Source: Candidatus Aenigmatarchaeota archaeon
Lineage (GTDB): Archaea; EX4484-52
DNA: 24,546 nucleotides
Reading direction: 5' to 3'
NCBI GenBank assembly: GCA_023137195.1
Contig: JAGLPV010000009.1
Coordinates: 1 to 24,546, forward strand
Under the pieces are notes generated by a model. That model saw nothing but the letters and a program-made list of their open reading frames with translations, searched no databases and was not told the DNA's origin. Below, one piece after another: positions 8,524 to 17,774 of the stretch; within the stretch, counting starts at the first letter, position 1, and the number at the start of each line of letters is the position of its first letter. The position numbers and the translations under genes were made by a program.

Positions 8524-8964
8524 TCAACCCCTGTGATATTTCTTCCCGTCTATTATAGCAAGCCCCCTGTAAATCTGCTCCATCAAAAACAACCTTGCCA
8601 TCTCATGCGTAAACGTCATTCTCGAGATAGCAATAATTTTATCCACTCTTTCAAGCACAGTTTTGTCCAGCCCGTCAGGACCACCGACAATAAAGCAAAT
8701 ATCCACATCAATATTTTTTTTAAGAAATTCAGAAAAGCCCGTTGATGTAAATTCCGCTCCATGCTCATCAAGAGCAACCACTAACACATCATTCATTTTC
8801 TCAACAAGAGATATTATTTTTTCGCCTTCTTTTTCTTTAGACATGTCTTTTATTTCAATCAATTCAACTCTTTTGTTGGACAGTCTTTTTTGATATTCTT
8901 CAATTCCTGTTTGTATGTATTTTTCCTTTATCTTCCCGACCGAGATTATTTTTATTAAAGACAT
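8524..8964 (-). CDS. rlmH: 23S rRNA (pseudouridine-1915-N3)-methyltransferase, SPOUT family
   Basis: ISVGKIKE, EEYQKRL, LDEHG, FIVGGPDG, MTFTHEMARLFLMEQIYRG, KYHR. Confidence 0.93.
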   Translation of the reverse strand: MSLIKIISVGKIKEKYIQTGIEEYQKRLSNKRVELIEIKDMSKEKEGEKIISLVEKMNDVLVVALDEHGAEFTSTGFSEFLKKNIDVDICFIVGGPDGLDKTVLERVDKIIAISRMTFTHEMARLFLMEQIYRGLAIIDGKKYHRG

Positions 8965-8967
8965 AAG

Positions 8968-9549
8968 TTAAAAATTAAATTTTTCATTTACAACACCCAT
9001 AATGTTGTTGTAAACTTCATCAACACTCCTGCTCCCGTCAATTACAACAACCTTTTTAGTTGTTTTTGCAAATTCAAGATATTTTTCCTTTGCCTTTTTC
9101 TGGAACTCCATATTTTCAAAAATCACCTTGTTTTCCCCTCGCCTCTTGAGAAAATCATCAGCATCAACATCTATCAAAATAATCAAATCCGGCTCAATCA
9201 TGTATTTGTTTATTTCCTCGATCCATTTTTCTTCACATCCCTGGAGACTCTGGTAAATATAAGAAGAATAATAATACCTGTCACATAAAATAAAATCATA
9301 TTCATCTAAATTAGGAATAAGTGTATTTTTTACATGGTCAACCCTATCTGCCGCAAAAAGAAGTGCAATTGCCTCTTTTGGCGTATCATTAAATCGCACA
9401 AGATTTTTTATCAGATTCCCAATAGGTTTTTTCTGCGGCTCAACTGTCAACAAAACACTTTTATTTTTAGAAACCAGATATTTTTCAAGCAGTTTCACCT
9501 GTGTAGTTTTCCCGCTGCCGTCAATTCCTTCAAATACTATGAATACCAT
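8968..9549 (-). CDS. tmk: Thymidylate kinase
   Basis: FIVFEGIDGSGKTTQ, LLFAADR, CDRYYYSSYIYQ, PDLIILID. Confidence 0.96.
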   Translation of the reverse strand: MVFIVFEGIDGSGKTTQVKLLEKYLVSKNKSVLLTVEPQKKPIGNLIKNLVRFNDTPKEAIALLFAADRVDHVKNTLIPNLDEYDFILCDRYYYSSYIYQSLQGCEEKWIEEINKYMIEPDLIILIDVDADDFLKRRGENKVIFENMEFQKKAKEKYLEFAKTTKKVVVIDGSRSVDEVYNNIMGVVNEKFNF

Positions 9550-10216
9550 TTTTCAGGGCTTCTGCCTGCATAAGTCCTAGTTTTTCGCATGCAACTGTTG
9601 CTTGTTTTACGATTTTTTTCATCTCATCAACAGATGCAATTCCATCCATCTGGAGAAGAGTAATCTCTCCTGTTTTTGTAAGTATTGCAACAGGCACATC
9701 TATTGCATCAGGCGCATCTTCTTCTTCCTTAGTAAGGTCCACAAGTATTTTCCCGTTGGCTCTCCCGGCAGATACAGCCGAAACAAGACCTCTCATGGAA
9801 ATTCCTGCGCATGCAAGAGCAAGCGAAGCCGCGTTGATTGCAACAACCCTGGTTCCTGCATCTGCCTGCAATATCTGCATATCTACACGGATAATGCATT
9901 TTGGATATTCTTCCATAAATATTGCCGGTTCAAGCGATTCTCTTACCACTTTAGAAATCTCAACAGACCTCCTGTCATATCCTGGTCTCTTCCTGTCTCC
10001 TGCAACAGAAAAAGGCAGCATATTATAATTGCATGCCAGAACTCCTCTGTCTGACTTCTCAAGGTGTTTTGGTTTTACATCCTGCGGTCCGTAAGTTGCA
10101 GCTATAACCGCGGTTTTTCCCATTTCAAAATAACACGAACCAAGCGCTGATTTAACAACATTCAATTCTATTTTCACTGGACGAAATTCATCATCTGCTC
10201 TTTTGTCGCTTCTCAT
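9530..10216 (-). CDS. rrp41: Exosome complex exonuclease Rrp41 (RNase PH family)
   Basis: R.D.R...FRP, YGP, YNMLPFSV..RKRPG.DRRSVEISKV, QADAGTR, VDLTKEEE; overlaps tmk by 20 nt. Confidence 0.93.
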   Translation of the reverse strand: MRSDKRADDEFRPVKIELNVVKSALGSCYFEMGKTAVIAATYGPQDVKPKHLEKSDRGVLACNYNMLPFSVAGDRKRPGYDRRSVEISKVVRESLEPAIFMEEYPKCIIRVDMQILQADAGTRVVAINAASLALACAGISMRGLVSAVSAGRANGKILVDLTKEEEDAPDAIDVPVAILTKTGEITLLQMDGIASVDEMKKIVKQATVACEKLGLMQAEALKNGIHSI

Positions 10217-10330
10217 AATTATTCATCTTTTGATATTTTTTTGTAAATAAAGTATACAATGATAGTATATTTTCTTACAACCTTAAAAATCTTGCTATTT
10301 AAAACTCAAAAACTGCATAATTTTTGTATA

Positions 10331-11833
10331 TTAATTATCATTTCCAAGAATTGTAAACTCTGCTTCTTTTTCAGTTGAATAATAATAATCTACTGTGACT
10401 TCTATGATTATTTCTTGTGTCATTTCTGGTGCAGTACTGGTAAAATCATCTCCTTTTAGTTTCTCTTCAGCCTCTTCATGTTCTTCTTCACCACCATCAC
10501 CAGGACCAACACCCGTTTGTGTTACTACATAACTACGATCTAAGAAAAAACAGCCTTTCTTATCTTTGGTTTTATTCCAGGCTTTAAAATCAAATACATT
10601 TTCAGAATAATCTATCTTAAAATAACCGTTTTCTCCCCACCAACTGCCCCAGCTGTTTTTGCACAGCCAGTAGCTTTTAATGTCATTATAGCCTATAATA
10701 GATATCGCATGCGTTCCAGTATAAGTTCCTGTTGGATTATTATAAATTCCGCTGGAATAAAAATCAAAATTATCATAAACAACCATATATGCTATTACAG
10801 GACCATAATCCTTTATGGCCTGTTTGATCGCATCAGCCGATGCAGGAAGTTTTTCATAATTCACAACATTTATCATGTTGTCTTTCCAATTCAGGCATTT
10901 TTCACATACATATTCTTCAATACAATCTTTGCCTGTTGAATTCCAATCTTTACAGCCAAGATAAGAAAAACAACTTTCGTCAACAATTCCTTTATTTTTA
11001 ATATAATTCAACGAAAGTTTTGGAGAACCACCATCACAATTACCCGCATCACTGCATGAAACCAGAGTCTGTTCAGATAAATCAATATCATAATCAGGAT
11101 TGTTTAATTCTATTTTTCTTCTTGATTCAACAGCAGATATTGTTGTAAATGCCCAACAGGAACCACAAGCCCATTGATTCTTTACTGGAGTGACCCAGTC
11201 ACCACCATTATCTCTCCAGTCAAGAGAAGGAGGATAATCATATCCGCCCAAAGCCGCTATTTTTGTAGTTTTTTTCTCTTCATCATCTACAATCAAATCA
11301 TCCTTAGGTAAAAACCCATCTCCTTTAAACAAAGGCTCATTATTAGCATCCATCAACTCCAAAACAGGAATCTCTTTAGTCTCTGTAGTTTTCACACCAA
11401 GGGCACCACCCTCTGGAGCATCAGCAGGAACTACACACACAGCATATTTATATGTCGCCGAACCTATTTGTTCACTAATATATTTTGTTTCATATCCTTT
11501 TTTGGCGCAATAAGAATAGTCTTTGCCGCATTTTCCCCTAAAGAAATCCCATGCATTGCATTTAAATCCATCATTAAATACACACAACCCATAAGAAGAT
11601 TCATCTGTCCGGACAATTTCATATTCATATCCAAGATTCTGGCAATAAACAGCAGCAGGATTTGCAAAACCCATTGTTTTTTCCAAAGGCGCATCATCTT
11701 TTGGCTCTGTCGCATACACAATATCAGTGTCTGTCGAAAACAAACTAATAATATTTGGTCCTGCAAATACAACGCATACAATCAGCAAAGCAGTTGTTAC
11801 AATCAGAACATCATCATTTGCTTTCAAATCCAT
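10331..11833 (-). CDS. Secreted or membrane-anchored papain-family (C1A) cysteine protease with DUF333 domain
   Basis: N-terminal hydrophobic helix; DUF333 pattern ANPAAVYC..LGY...C.F.DG..C.AWDFFRG.C; LDWRD, VTPVKNQWACGSCWAF, DLSEQ, THAISIIGY, KNSWG..WGENGYF. Confidence 0.93.
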   Translation of the reverse strand: MDLKANDDVLIVTTALLIVCVVFAGPNIISLFSTDTDIVYATEPKDDAPLEKTMGFANPAAVYCQNLGYEYEIVRTDESSYGLCVFNDGFKCNAWDFFRGKCGKDYSYCAKKGYETKYISEQIGSATYKYAVCVVPADAPEGGALGVKTTETKEIPVLELMDANNEPLFKGDGFLPKDDLIVDDEEKKTTKIAALGGYDYPPSLDWRDNGGDWVTPVKNQWACGSCWAFTTISAVESRRKIELNNPDYDIDLSEQTLVSCSDAGNCDGGSPKLSLNYIKNKGIVDESCFSYLGCKDWNSTGKDCIEEYVCEKCLNWKDNMINVVNYEKLPASADAIKQAIKDYGPVIAYMVVYDNFDFYSSGIYNNPTGTYTGTHAISIIGYNDIKSYWLCKNSWGSWWGENGYFKIDYSENVFDFKAWNKTKDKKGCFFLDRSYVVTQTGVGPGDGGEEEHEEAEEKLKGDDFTSTAPEMTQEIIIEVTVDYYYSTEKEAEFTILGNDN

Positions 11834-11881
11834 ATATTTTTTTCTCGTTGAACTTTTTAAATGTTAATTTAACATTTGCAA

Positions 11882-12763
11882 TCAAACATACAATTCATCA
11901 TTACTACTGGTTTTCATTTTCTTATAAAACAAACACGGCGGAATACAATCAATCAAATCAGATGCAATAAGACCATAAGAATTATGCATAAATGCCATCT
12001 CCCCGGCTTTCCCGCAGATATGCGTTCCTGCGCACGCGCACAAAAATCCGTCATCACAAAAGCAAAACAAAGCTGAAATTATCCCTGCCAGAACATCCCC
12101 TGTCCCGCCGACAGTCATCCCGGCATTCCCTGTCTTGTTTTCTTCCATTTTTCCCTTCCAGGCAATCAAATCATGATTTCCTTTAATCACGACAACCCCG
12201 TCGAAATTTTTAAGGAAAGAAGTTGCTTCTGTCTTCAAATCTTTAACCCCATTCTTTAGACCGGTCAAATACTCAAACTCTCTTTTATGCGGCGTGATTA
12301 TGATATTTTGTGTCTTTTTGAGTTTGCACAGTTTCAACGCACTTATCCCGTCAGCATCAATCACAAGTTTTTTATCCGGGTATTTTTTGTTCAATCCCTC
12401 AATCAACTCTTTGGCAAAATCAATATTCTCTTTTCCAAGACCATTACCAATCAACACAACATCAAAAGATTCTGCCATTTGCATTATCTTCAAAACAGCA
12501 TCAGAATCATATTTTTCAACCTTTTTTACAATCAAATCAGGAGACATTGAATTTATTGCATAGCCAACATCCTTTAATGTAGTAATCACAGCCAGATCAA
12601 TTCCACATCGCAATGCAGCAAACCCGCTCAAAGAAGGGGCACCAACATAATCAGGACTCCCTCCGACAATCAAAAGCTTCCCGTTTTCACCCTTATGGCT
12701 CGTTTCTATCCTGCCTTCTATAATATCCTTCATTTTACTTAATTTTTCATCCATATTATTCAT
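11882..12763 (-). CDS. nnrD: ADP/ATP-dependent NAD(P)H-hydrate dehydratase (stand-alone NnrD/YjeF-C)
   Basis: HKGENGKLLIVGGS..YVGAP, IGNGLG, VIDADG, ITPHKREF, MTVGGTGDVLAG. ATG 12763 overlaps the upstream TGA (TGATG); ATG 12754 is an alternative start. Confidence 0.93.
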   Translation of the reverse strand: MNNMDEKLSKMKDIIEGRIETSHKGENGKLLIVGGSPDYVGAPSLSGFAALRCGIDLAVITTLKDVGYAINSMSPDLIVKKVEKYDSDAVLKIMQMAESFDVVLIGNGLGKENIDFAKELIEGLNKKYPDKKLVIDADGISALKLCKLKKTQNIIITPHKREFEYLTGLKNGVKDLKTEATSFLKNFDGVVVIKGNHDLIAWKGKMEENKTGNAGMTVGGTGDVLAGIISALFCFCDDGFLCACAGTHICGKAGEMAFMHNSYGLIASDLIDCIPPCLFYKKMKTSSNDELYV

Positions 12764-13764
12764 CAATTTTCAATCTTTACAATCACACCTTCAACCCCTG
12801 TTTTTGTTGCAAAAACTTTGGCTCCTGTAGCTTCCATCCGCGATTTCACTTTATCTTCATACGCGGATTTCACAAGAGCAAACATTATGCCGCCCCATCC
12901 ACTCCCGGACAGTTTCGCACCCAAAGCCCCTGCATTTCTTGCCTCATCAATACAGTCATCAAGTTTTGGATGAGACAAATACAATTTATCCAAAACATCC
13001 TGGTTTAAATTAATAAGATTCCCGAGCTGTTTTTCTTCTTCTTTCACTATTCTTTCCTTTGAAAGTAAAATCACCGCTTCATCCACAATGCGCCCGATTT
13101 CATCAAACTTAGCGAACACATCATCCTTTCTCCTCTTTATCAGGCTAGGCACATGAAAAGCAACTGTATTTTTTGTAGGCGATTTAATAAGTGAGTCTGC
13201 AATAACAACATTCAATTCCACATTGCCCAACTGTGCTTTTTTTACATCATCACCTTCTTTTTTGATATAATTGAATCCCCCGAGCGAAGAAGAAATTATC
13301 TCATTCCCCGAAGCACTCCCGCCATGAATCTGCCTCTGTATAGGAAATATATAGTCAAAATAATCTTGGTGGTCTATTGACTTTCCGGCAAAAGTCGTCA
13401 GTGCCCCGAACAAAGAACACAAAACCGCCGTAGAAGAACTCATCCCGCTTCCGACAGGAATCTGTGATTTAACTTCCACTCTGAATCCGCTTTTAACTGA
13501 AAAATTTTCAACTGTCTGTTTCATAAAAAAATAGATAATCTCAAGTTCAGGATTGCTTATTACTTCATTAATAAGTTTTCCATCCTTTAATTCCGCCTCA
13601 ATTGTTCCCAGTTCCGAATGAAGAGAAATATTGTTTCCCAAAATACCTGTTAACTCAACAGTAGTCCTCCTGTCAACCGATGCGATGATTGCAGGATACC
13701 CATAAACAGATGCATGCTCTCCAAACAAAAAAATATTTCCCGGGGCAGATGCAATTATTTTCAT
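12763..13764 (-). CDS. mvk: Mevalonate kinase-like GHMP kinase with divergent active site
   Basis: SAPGNIFLFGEHASVYGYPAI, IPVGSGMSSSTA, IHGGSASGNE, GAKLSGSGWGG. ATG 13764 chosen; TTTATAAA at 13787-13794 fits a leaderless mRNA. Confidence 0.78.
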   Translation of the reverse strand: MKIIASAPGNIFLFGEHASVYGYPAIIASVDRRTTVELTGILGNNISLHSELGTIEAELKDGKLINEVISNPELEIIYFFMKQTVENFSVKSGFRVEVKSQIPVGSGMSSSTAVLCSLFGALTTFAGKSIDHQDYFDYIFPIQRQIHGGSASGNEIISSSLGGFNYIKKEGDDVKKAQLGNVELNVVIADSLIKSPTKNTVAFHVPSLIKRRKDDVFAKFDEIGRIVDEAVILLSKERIVKEEEKQLGNLINLNQDVLDKLYLSHPKLDDCIDEARNAGALGAKLSGSGWGGIMFALVKSAYEDKVKSRMEATGAKVFATKTGVEGVIVKIEN

Positions 13765-13822
13765 ATGTATCAAAGAGAATGTAATCTTTATAAATTATTT
13801 TTAAAGATGCCCAATAAAAAAA

Positions 13823-14233
13823 TCACTTCTTCTCAGTTTCCTTAATTGCTTTTTCTATATAATTTTTCCCTTCAAGTGTTAATTTTCGTCCCTTTGGTCC
13901 CTTTTCAACAAGCTTAAGTTTTTCAAGTTCCTGGAGTGCTTTCCTTATGTTATTTCCGCCTGCTTTTTTGAATCTTTCAGGAGCATGACCTCTGTTTTTT
14001 CTTCCGCCGTATTTTGTTCTTAATTTTTCAATACCAACCGGTTTTATTGAAATCTGCCTTAAAATAGAACCCATCCTGCAATACCACCAGTTTGTATCAG
14101 AAGGTATTTTTTCTCTGGAAATGCCCGTTGTTACTATATTTATCCATGTAGGAACAGTTATGTCTTTCTCTTTCTCTAAATCAACTGCCAACTGGTTGAT
14201 TAGGTTTTGTGTTTTTATGCTGTTTATATCCAT
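13823..14233 (-). CDS. rps19e: 30S ribosomal protein eS19 (S19e)
   Basis: P.W...V.TG..RE..P...NWWY.R..SILR, PVGI.KLRTKYGGRKNRG..P, GNNIRKALQ.LE, KGRKLT..G. Confidence 0.95.
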   Translation of the reverse strand: MDINSIKTQNLINQLAVDLEKEKDITVPTWINIVTTGISREKIPSDTNWWYCRMGSILRQISIKPVGIEKLRTKYGGRKNRGHAPERFKKAGGNNIRKALQELEKLKLVEKGPKGRKLTLEGKNYIEKAIKETEKK

Positions 14234-14234
14234 A

Positions 14235-14768
14235 TTATCTTTTATTGAATAATCGCCATTTGATATCTTCCTCCTCCAGTTCCTGGAGAATTCTCTTTTT
14301 TATTGCCTTTCTTATATCAATTCCAAGAGCGACTCTTTTATTAAAATCATCAAAACTTTTAAACTTATCCTTTTTTCGCTCACCTATCACATCCCACATA
14401 TGTTTTTTGCCAATTCCCGGCAAAAGTTCGCATTGGTGTTTTTTAGGGGTCAATGGAGCCATAGTATTTAGAAAATCAACGAAAAAAGGTTCTTTGTTCT
14501 CTACAATGAATGCTATTGCATATTCAAGTTCTTCTTCTGCAAGAGGGGTTAATTTTTCATGCCTGATAATACCCTTCACAGTCTTGATTTTATCTCTTTT
14601 TCCAAAGCCAATGTAGACCTTTTCCTGTATCTTTAATTCTGCATCAGGATAAGAAATTGCCTCAAGAAGATTAAAATTATCATAACCAACAAGCAACACA
14701 TTTTCTGCTGACTGCATTCCATAGCCTGTTTTTTTGACATCTAAAACAATTGCATATTCTTCTCTCAT
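14235..14768 (-). CDS. DUF655 family archaeal nucleic-acid-binding protein
   Basis: EEYAIVLD, F.LLE, VYIG.G.RDKI, FVDFLN...PLT.K.H..ELLPGIGKK (HhH), FKSF.D...RV. Confidence 0.9.
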   Translation of the reverse strand: MREEYAIVLDVKKTGYGMQSAENVLLVGYDNFNLLEAISYPDAELKIQEKVYIGFGKRDKIKTVKGIIRHEKLTPLAEEELEYAIAFIVENKEPFFVDFLNTMAPLTPKKHQCELLPGIGKKHMWDVIGERKKDKFKSFDDFNKRVALGIDIRKAIKKRILQELEEEDIKWRLFNKR

Positions 14769-14842
14769 ACTCCTCTCCTTTCATTTATTAATTATCTATT
14801 CAATTAATAGAACTTAATTTATTTAAATGTATATATTTGATT

Positions 14843-15592
14843 TTATTCTATAGAAAAATCCTCTGCTTTTAAATATTCTATTGTGCCGCTAAACACAATG
14901 CTGTTTTTTGTCATATTAACATATCCTTCAAAATACTCGATGTGCATCGGTTTTTTACCAAACGCAATATTCATTATATTATCCCCGCTAATTATGACAT
15001 TGCCCGTTATGTTTTTCATGTCAAGGTCTTTGATTTTTACATAATTTATAAATACTCCATCTTTGTCTTGTTTTTTGCCCTCGACATTTATTTTATTTAT
15101 GTCTTTTTCAAGAGATATTCTGTTGTTGTTTAACAAAAAAGAGGAACATTGTCCCTTATAGTTGAATTCATCATTTATGACTGCAATGCCCGTGAAATTG
15201 TTAAATAATAAAACATCTCTTTTATTCAAATCCATAAGCAGTGGAGATATCTTCAATATGCTTTGTTCTTTATAGGCAATATTCATTTCAACAGGGACAT
15301 CAAAAGAAACAGGCAGTCTTTCATCCATCTCTGTTATAGTCAGGATAATCACTTTTTTTTCTCTTTCTTTTTTACCGATTAAATGAGAACTCACCTTTAC
15401 CAGACTGTCTTTTATCCCCATAACATGGTCTAAGATAGAAGAGCCGGCTGAAGATATTTCACTAAATGTTTTTGAGATGTTTAATGATTCTGCTGCCGGA
15501 TTATAAAAGAAAAATAAAACAATGCAGAATACAGATAGTAGAATCAATAATGGTTTATATTGGTTTCTTCTATTATTAAAAATATATTCCAT
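14843..15592 (-). CDS. Hypothetical protein with a single N-terminal transmembrane helix and beta-rich ectodomain
   Basis: 249-aa ORF filling the gap in the same orientation as its neighbours; LLILLSVFCIVLFFFY segment; no recognisable family. Confidence 0.7.
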   Translation of the reverse strand: MEYIFNNRRNQYKPLLILLSVFCIVLFFFYNPAAESLNISKTFSEISSAGSSILDHVMGIKDSLVKVSSHLIGKKEREKKVIILTITEMDERLPVSFDVPVEMNIAYKEQSILKISPLLMDLNKRDVLLFNNFTGIAVINDEFNYKGQCSSFLLNNNRISLEKDINKINVEGKKQDKDGVFINYVKIKDLDMKNITGNVIISGDNIMNIAFGKKPMHIEYFEGYVNMTKNSIVFSGTIEYLKAEDFSIE

Positions 15593-15628
15593 AAACTATA
15601 TTTTAAACATCAAAATATATAAAGGTCT

Positions 15629-15877
15629 TTATTCTTCGACAGGCGAAATGAATATTATTGTATCTCCCCTTATCAAAATTCTTCCGAATTTTGTATTTTT
15701 ATCGTCTGTCTGCACTTCAGCATCATCCACCCACATATTTAGGTGTATATCCAGAGCCCTCAGAATCCCGGAGATTATTGTTTTGTTTTTTAGGTACACA
15801 ACAACCTTTTTGTTTTTTGCGTAATTAAGTACATCTAACGGCCTTTTGTTCTCTTCAAAATTGTTTTTTTTAAGCAT
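15629..15877 (-). CDS. Sm-like archaeal protein (LSm/SmAP)
   Basis: RPLDVL, V.V.LKN...ISG.L.A.DIHLN, GRILIRGDTIIFISP. ATG 15877 chosen because SD AGGTGA is at 15883-15888. Confidence 0.93.
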   Translation of the reverse strand: MLKKNNFEENKRPLDVLNYAKNKKVVVYLKNKTIISGILRALDIHLNMWVDDAEVQTDDKNTKFGRILIRGDTIIFISPVEE

Positions 15878-15944
15878 GTTTTTCACCTTTTTTGATTGTA
15901 TATAAAACATAATTATATAAATATAACAACAAAATCCGGAAAAA

Positions 15945-16005
15945 TCACCAGAGAAAGCATGCGTTGTGGAAATTTTCCATTGCCATCCGGAGCATGCCTT
16001 TTTTT
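15945..16005 (+). other. GC-richer bulged stem-loop followed by T7; candidate small RNA or terminator
   Basis: GCATGC 15957-15962 pairs with GCATGC 15992-15997; inner stem GTTGTGGAA/TTCCATTGC; T-run 15999-16005; TATA-like TTATATAA at 15913-15920. Confidence 0.35.
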
Positions 16006-16157
16006 GCAGGACTATCTAAAAAGAAACATATATCTATACAGAACTATCAGTTCCTGTATTATCTATGGTTTTTAATACTCCTATTATATATTTAAATAGT
16101 TTTCTTTTAATTCTTTTCATGGTGTTCTCAGACTTTTGAGTTTTCCAGGACAAGAAT

Positions 16158-17735
16158 ATGAGTAAAAAGACAACTAAAAAAAACAAAAAACAAAAACCGG
16201 AGATGGAAAAACAGGAAACTAAAAAAATAAAATCAAATTCGGGGATAGAGGATTTTTTCAGCAATAAATACAATATGGGTTTTCTTATTGTAATAGCGTT
16301 TACCCTTTGGTCAAGATTAAAGTTCTTCCATATCGAAAGCACATGGATTGATGCATATTCATATTATCTCTGGGGCGGATATAACATGATTTACAATCAT
16401 GTAATCACATCAGAGGTCATACGGACTTTTTCTTATATGCCTTCTCTTGCAATAGGAATAATATCCTTGTTTTCAGACGGATGGATAGCAGGAAAGATAA
16501 TGAATCTGCTTTATGCAATTGTCGGCATAACATACATCTATTTTCTCGGGAGAGAAATTAAAGATGAAAAGGTCGGTCTTTTTTCTGCATTGATGCTGTC
16601 CTGTAATTATCTTTTCTTCTTTTTGTCAACAAGACTGATTGCCGATGTTCCTATGACCACGATGTATATAGTTTTCGCATATTATTTTTTGAAATTTGAA
16701 AAAGAGAAGACAACAAGATCCGCCCTCTATCTATCTGCTGTAATGATAATGACAGTGCTCACAAAAATGACAGGTCTTTTGATTTATGGAATTTTTATAG
16801 TTTATTACCTCATGTACTATAGACTGAAGATTTTATCTCTATTAAAAGAAAAGAGAATTCAAATTGTCGTTTTTATCAATATCGTTTTGGTTTCCCTGGT
16901 ACTTTTATTTGCGCAAGTTAAAACAAATTTTATCCAATTCATGCTTGTCAACTCAAAAGGCGCTATTTTTACTTTTGGAAAATTTTTTTATCCAAAGGAA
17001 TTCCTGACTTTTTTAGGAATTTATTTGTTGCCTTTTCTATTGATTGGTTTTTATCTTGTATTCAAAACAACTAAAAAAAAGAAAGAATTGTATTTGCTTT
17101 TTTCATGGATGAGTGTATATTTAGTCATATATACTTTCTTTATGGCAGAAACGGTGTCAAGATATTTGATGCCTCTACTACCTGCAATGATATTGCTGGT
17201 TACATACACATTATTTTCAATAACGAAAAATAAATACATAAATTTTGGCTTTATTATTTTGATTTTATTTAGCTGTTTCCAGTCATACAATATGGGGGAA
17301 GGAATAATACTCTCTAAAGAATATTCTTACATCGGGCATAAAGGAGCAGGGGAATGGATGGAAAAAAATATTGAGAAAAATGCAATAGTTTTCACCGGTT
17401 CACAAACATCCACAAGATTTTTCTTAAGAAATCATCTGGTGGATTCAGCCACTCAAACAAAAACATTGCCCAAGAACCTGACAGAATTAGCCAAAGAGGC
17501 AGAAAAATACAATTCCAATAATATCCCTGTTTACGTCCAAATAGATGCATGGGAATACACCCAGCCAAGTTGGGCTTATCCTTTCTTTAATCAGGAGTTC
17601 GGAGGTAAAATAAAAAAAATAGAGGAAAATAATTTTACAATAGCAACAGGCATAGAAAAAGAACTTCCTACAGAACAAGGTCTTATGAAGAATTCAGTTG
17701 TATTAATATTCAAATACGAGCACAATATCAAGTAA
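16158..17735 (+). CDS. GT-C fold membrane glycosyltransferase (ArnT/PMT_2, GT39/GT83-like)
   Basis: About 12 hydrophobic helices; W.D..SY, IYFLGRE, GLFSA, LIADVP, LTKMTG, RYLMPLLP, AGEWM. Confidence 0.85.
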   Translation: MSKKTTKKNKKQKPEMEKQETKKIKSNSGIEDFFSNKYNMGFLIVIAFTLWSRLKFFHIESTWIDAYSYYLWGGYNMIYNHVITSEVIRTFSYMPSLAIGIISLFSDGWIAGKIMNLLYAIVGITYIYFLGREIKDEKVGLFSALMLSCNYLFFFLSTRLIADVPMTTMYIVFAYYFLKFEKEKTTRSALYLSAVMIMTVLTKMTGLLIYGIFIVYYLMYYRLKILSLLKEKRIQIVVFINIVLVSLVLLFAQVKTNFIQFMLVNSKGAIFTFGKFFYPKEFLTFLGIYLLPFLLIGFYLVFKTTKKKKELYLLFSWMSVYLVIYTFFMAETVSRYLMPLLPAMILLVTYTLFSITKNKYINFGFIILILFSCFQSYNMGEGIILSKEYSYIGHKGAGEWMEKNIEKNAIVFTGSQTSTRFFLRNHLVDSATQTKTLPKNLTELAKEAEKYNSNNIPVYVQIDAWEYTQPSWAYPFFNQEFGGKIKKIEENNFTIATGIEKELPTEQGLMKNSVVLIFKYEHNIK

Positions 17736-17774
17736 TACATTAAAAAAATTATCTTAAATATAATATTGACGACT

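Noticed and set aside
16115-16145. ATGGTGTTC resembling the fluoride riboswitch 5' end
   Set aside because: The flanking GGCG/CGCC stem and downstream pseudoknot partner are absent.
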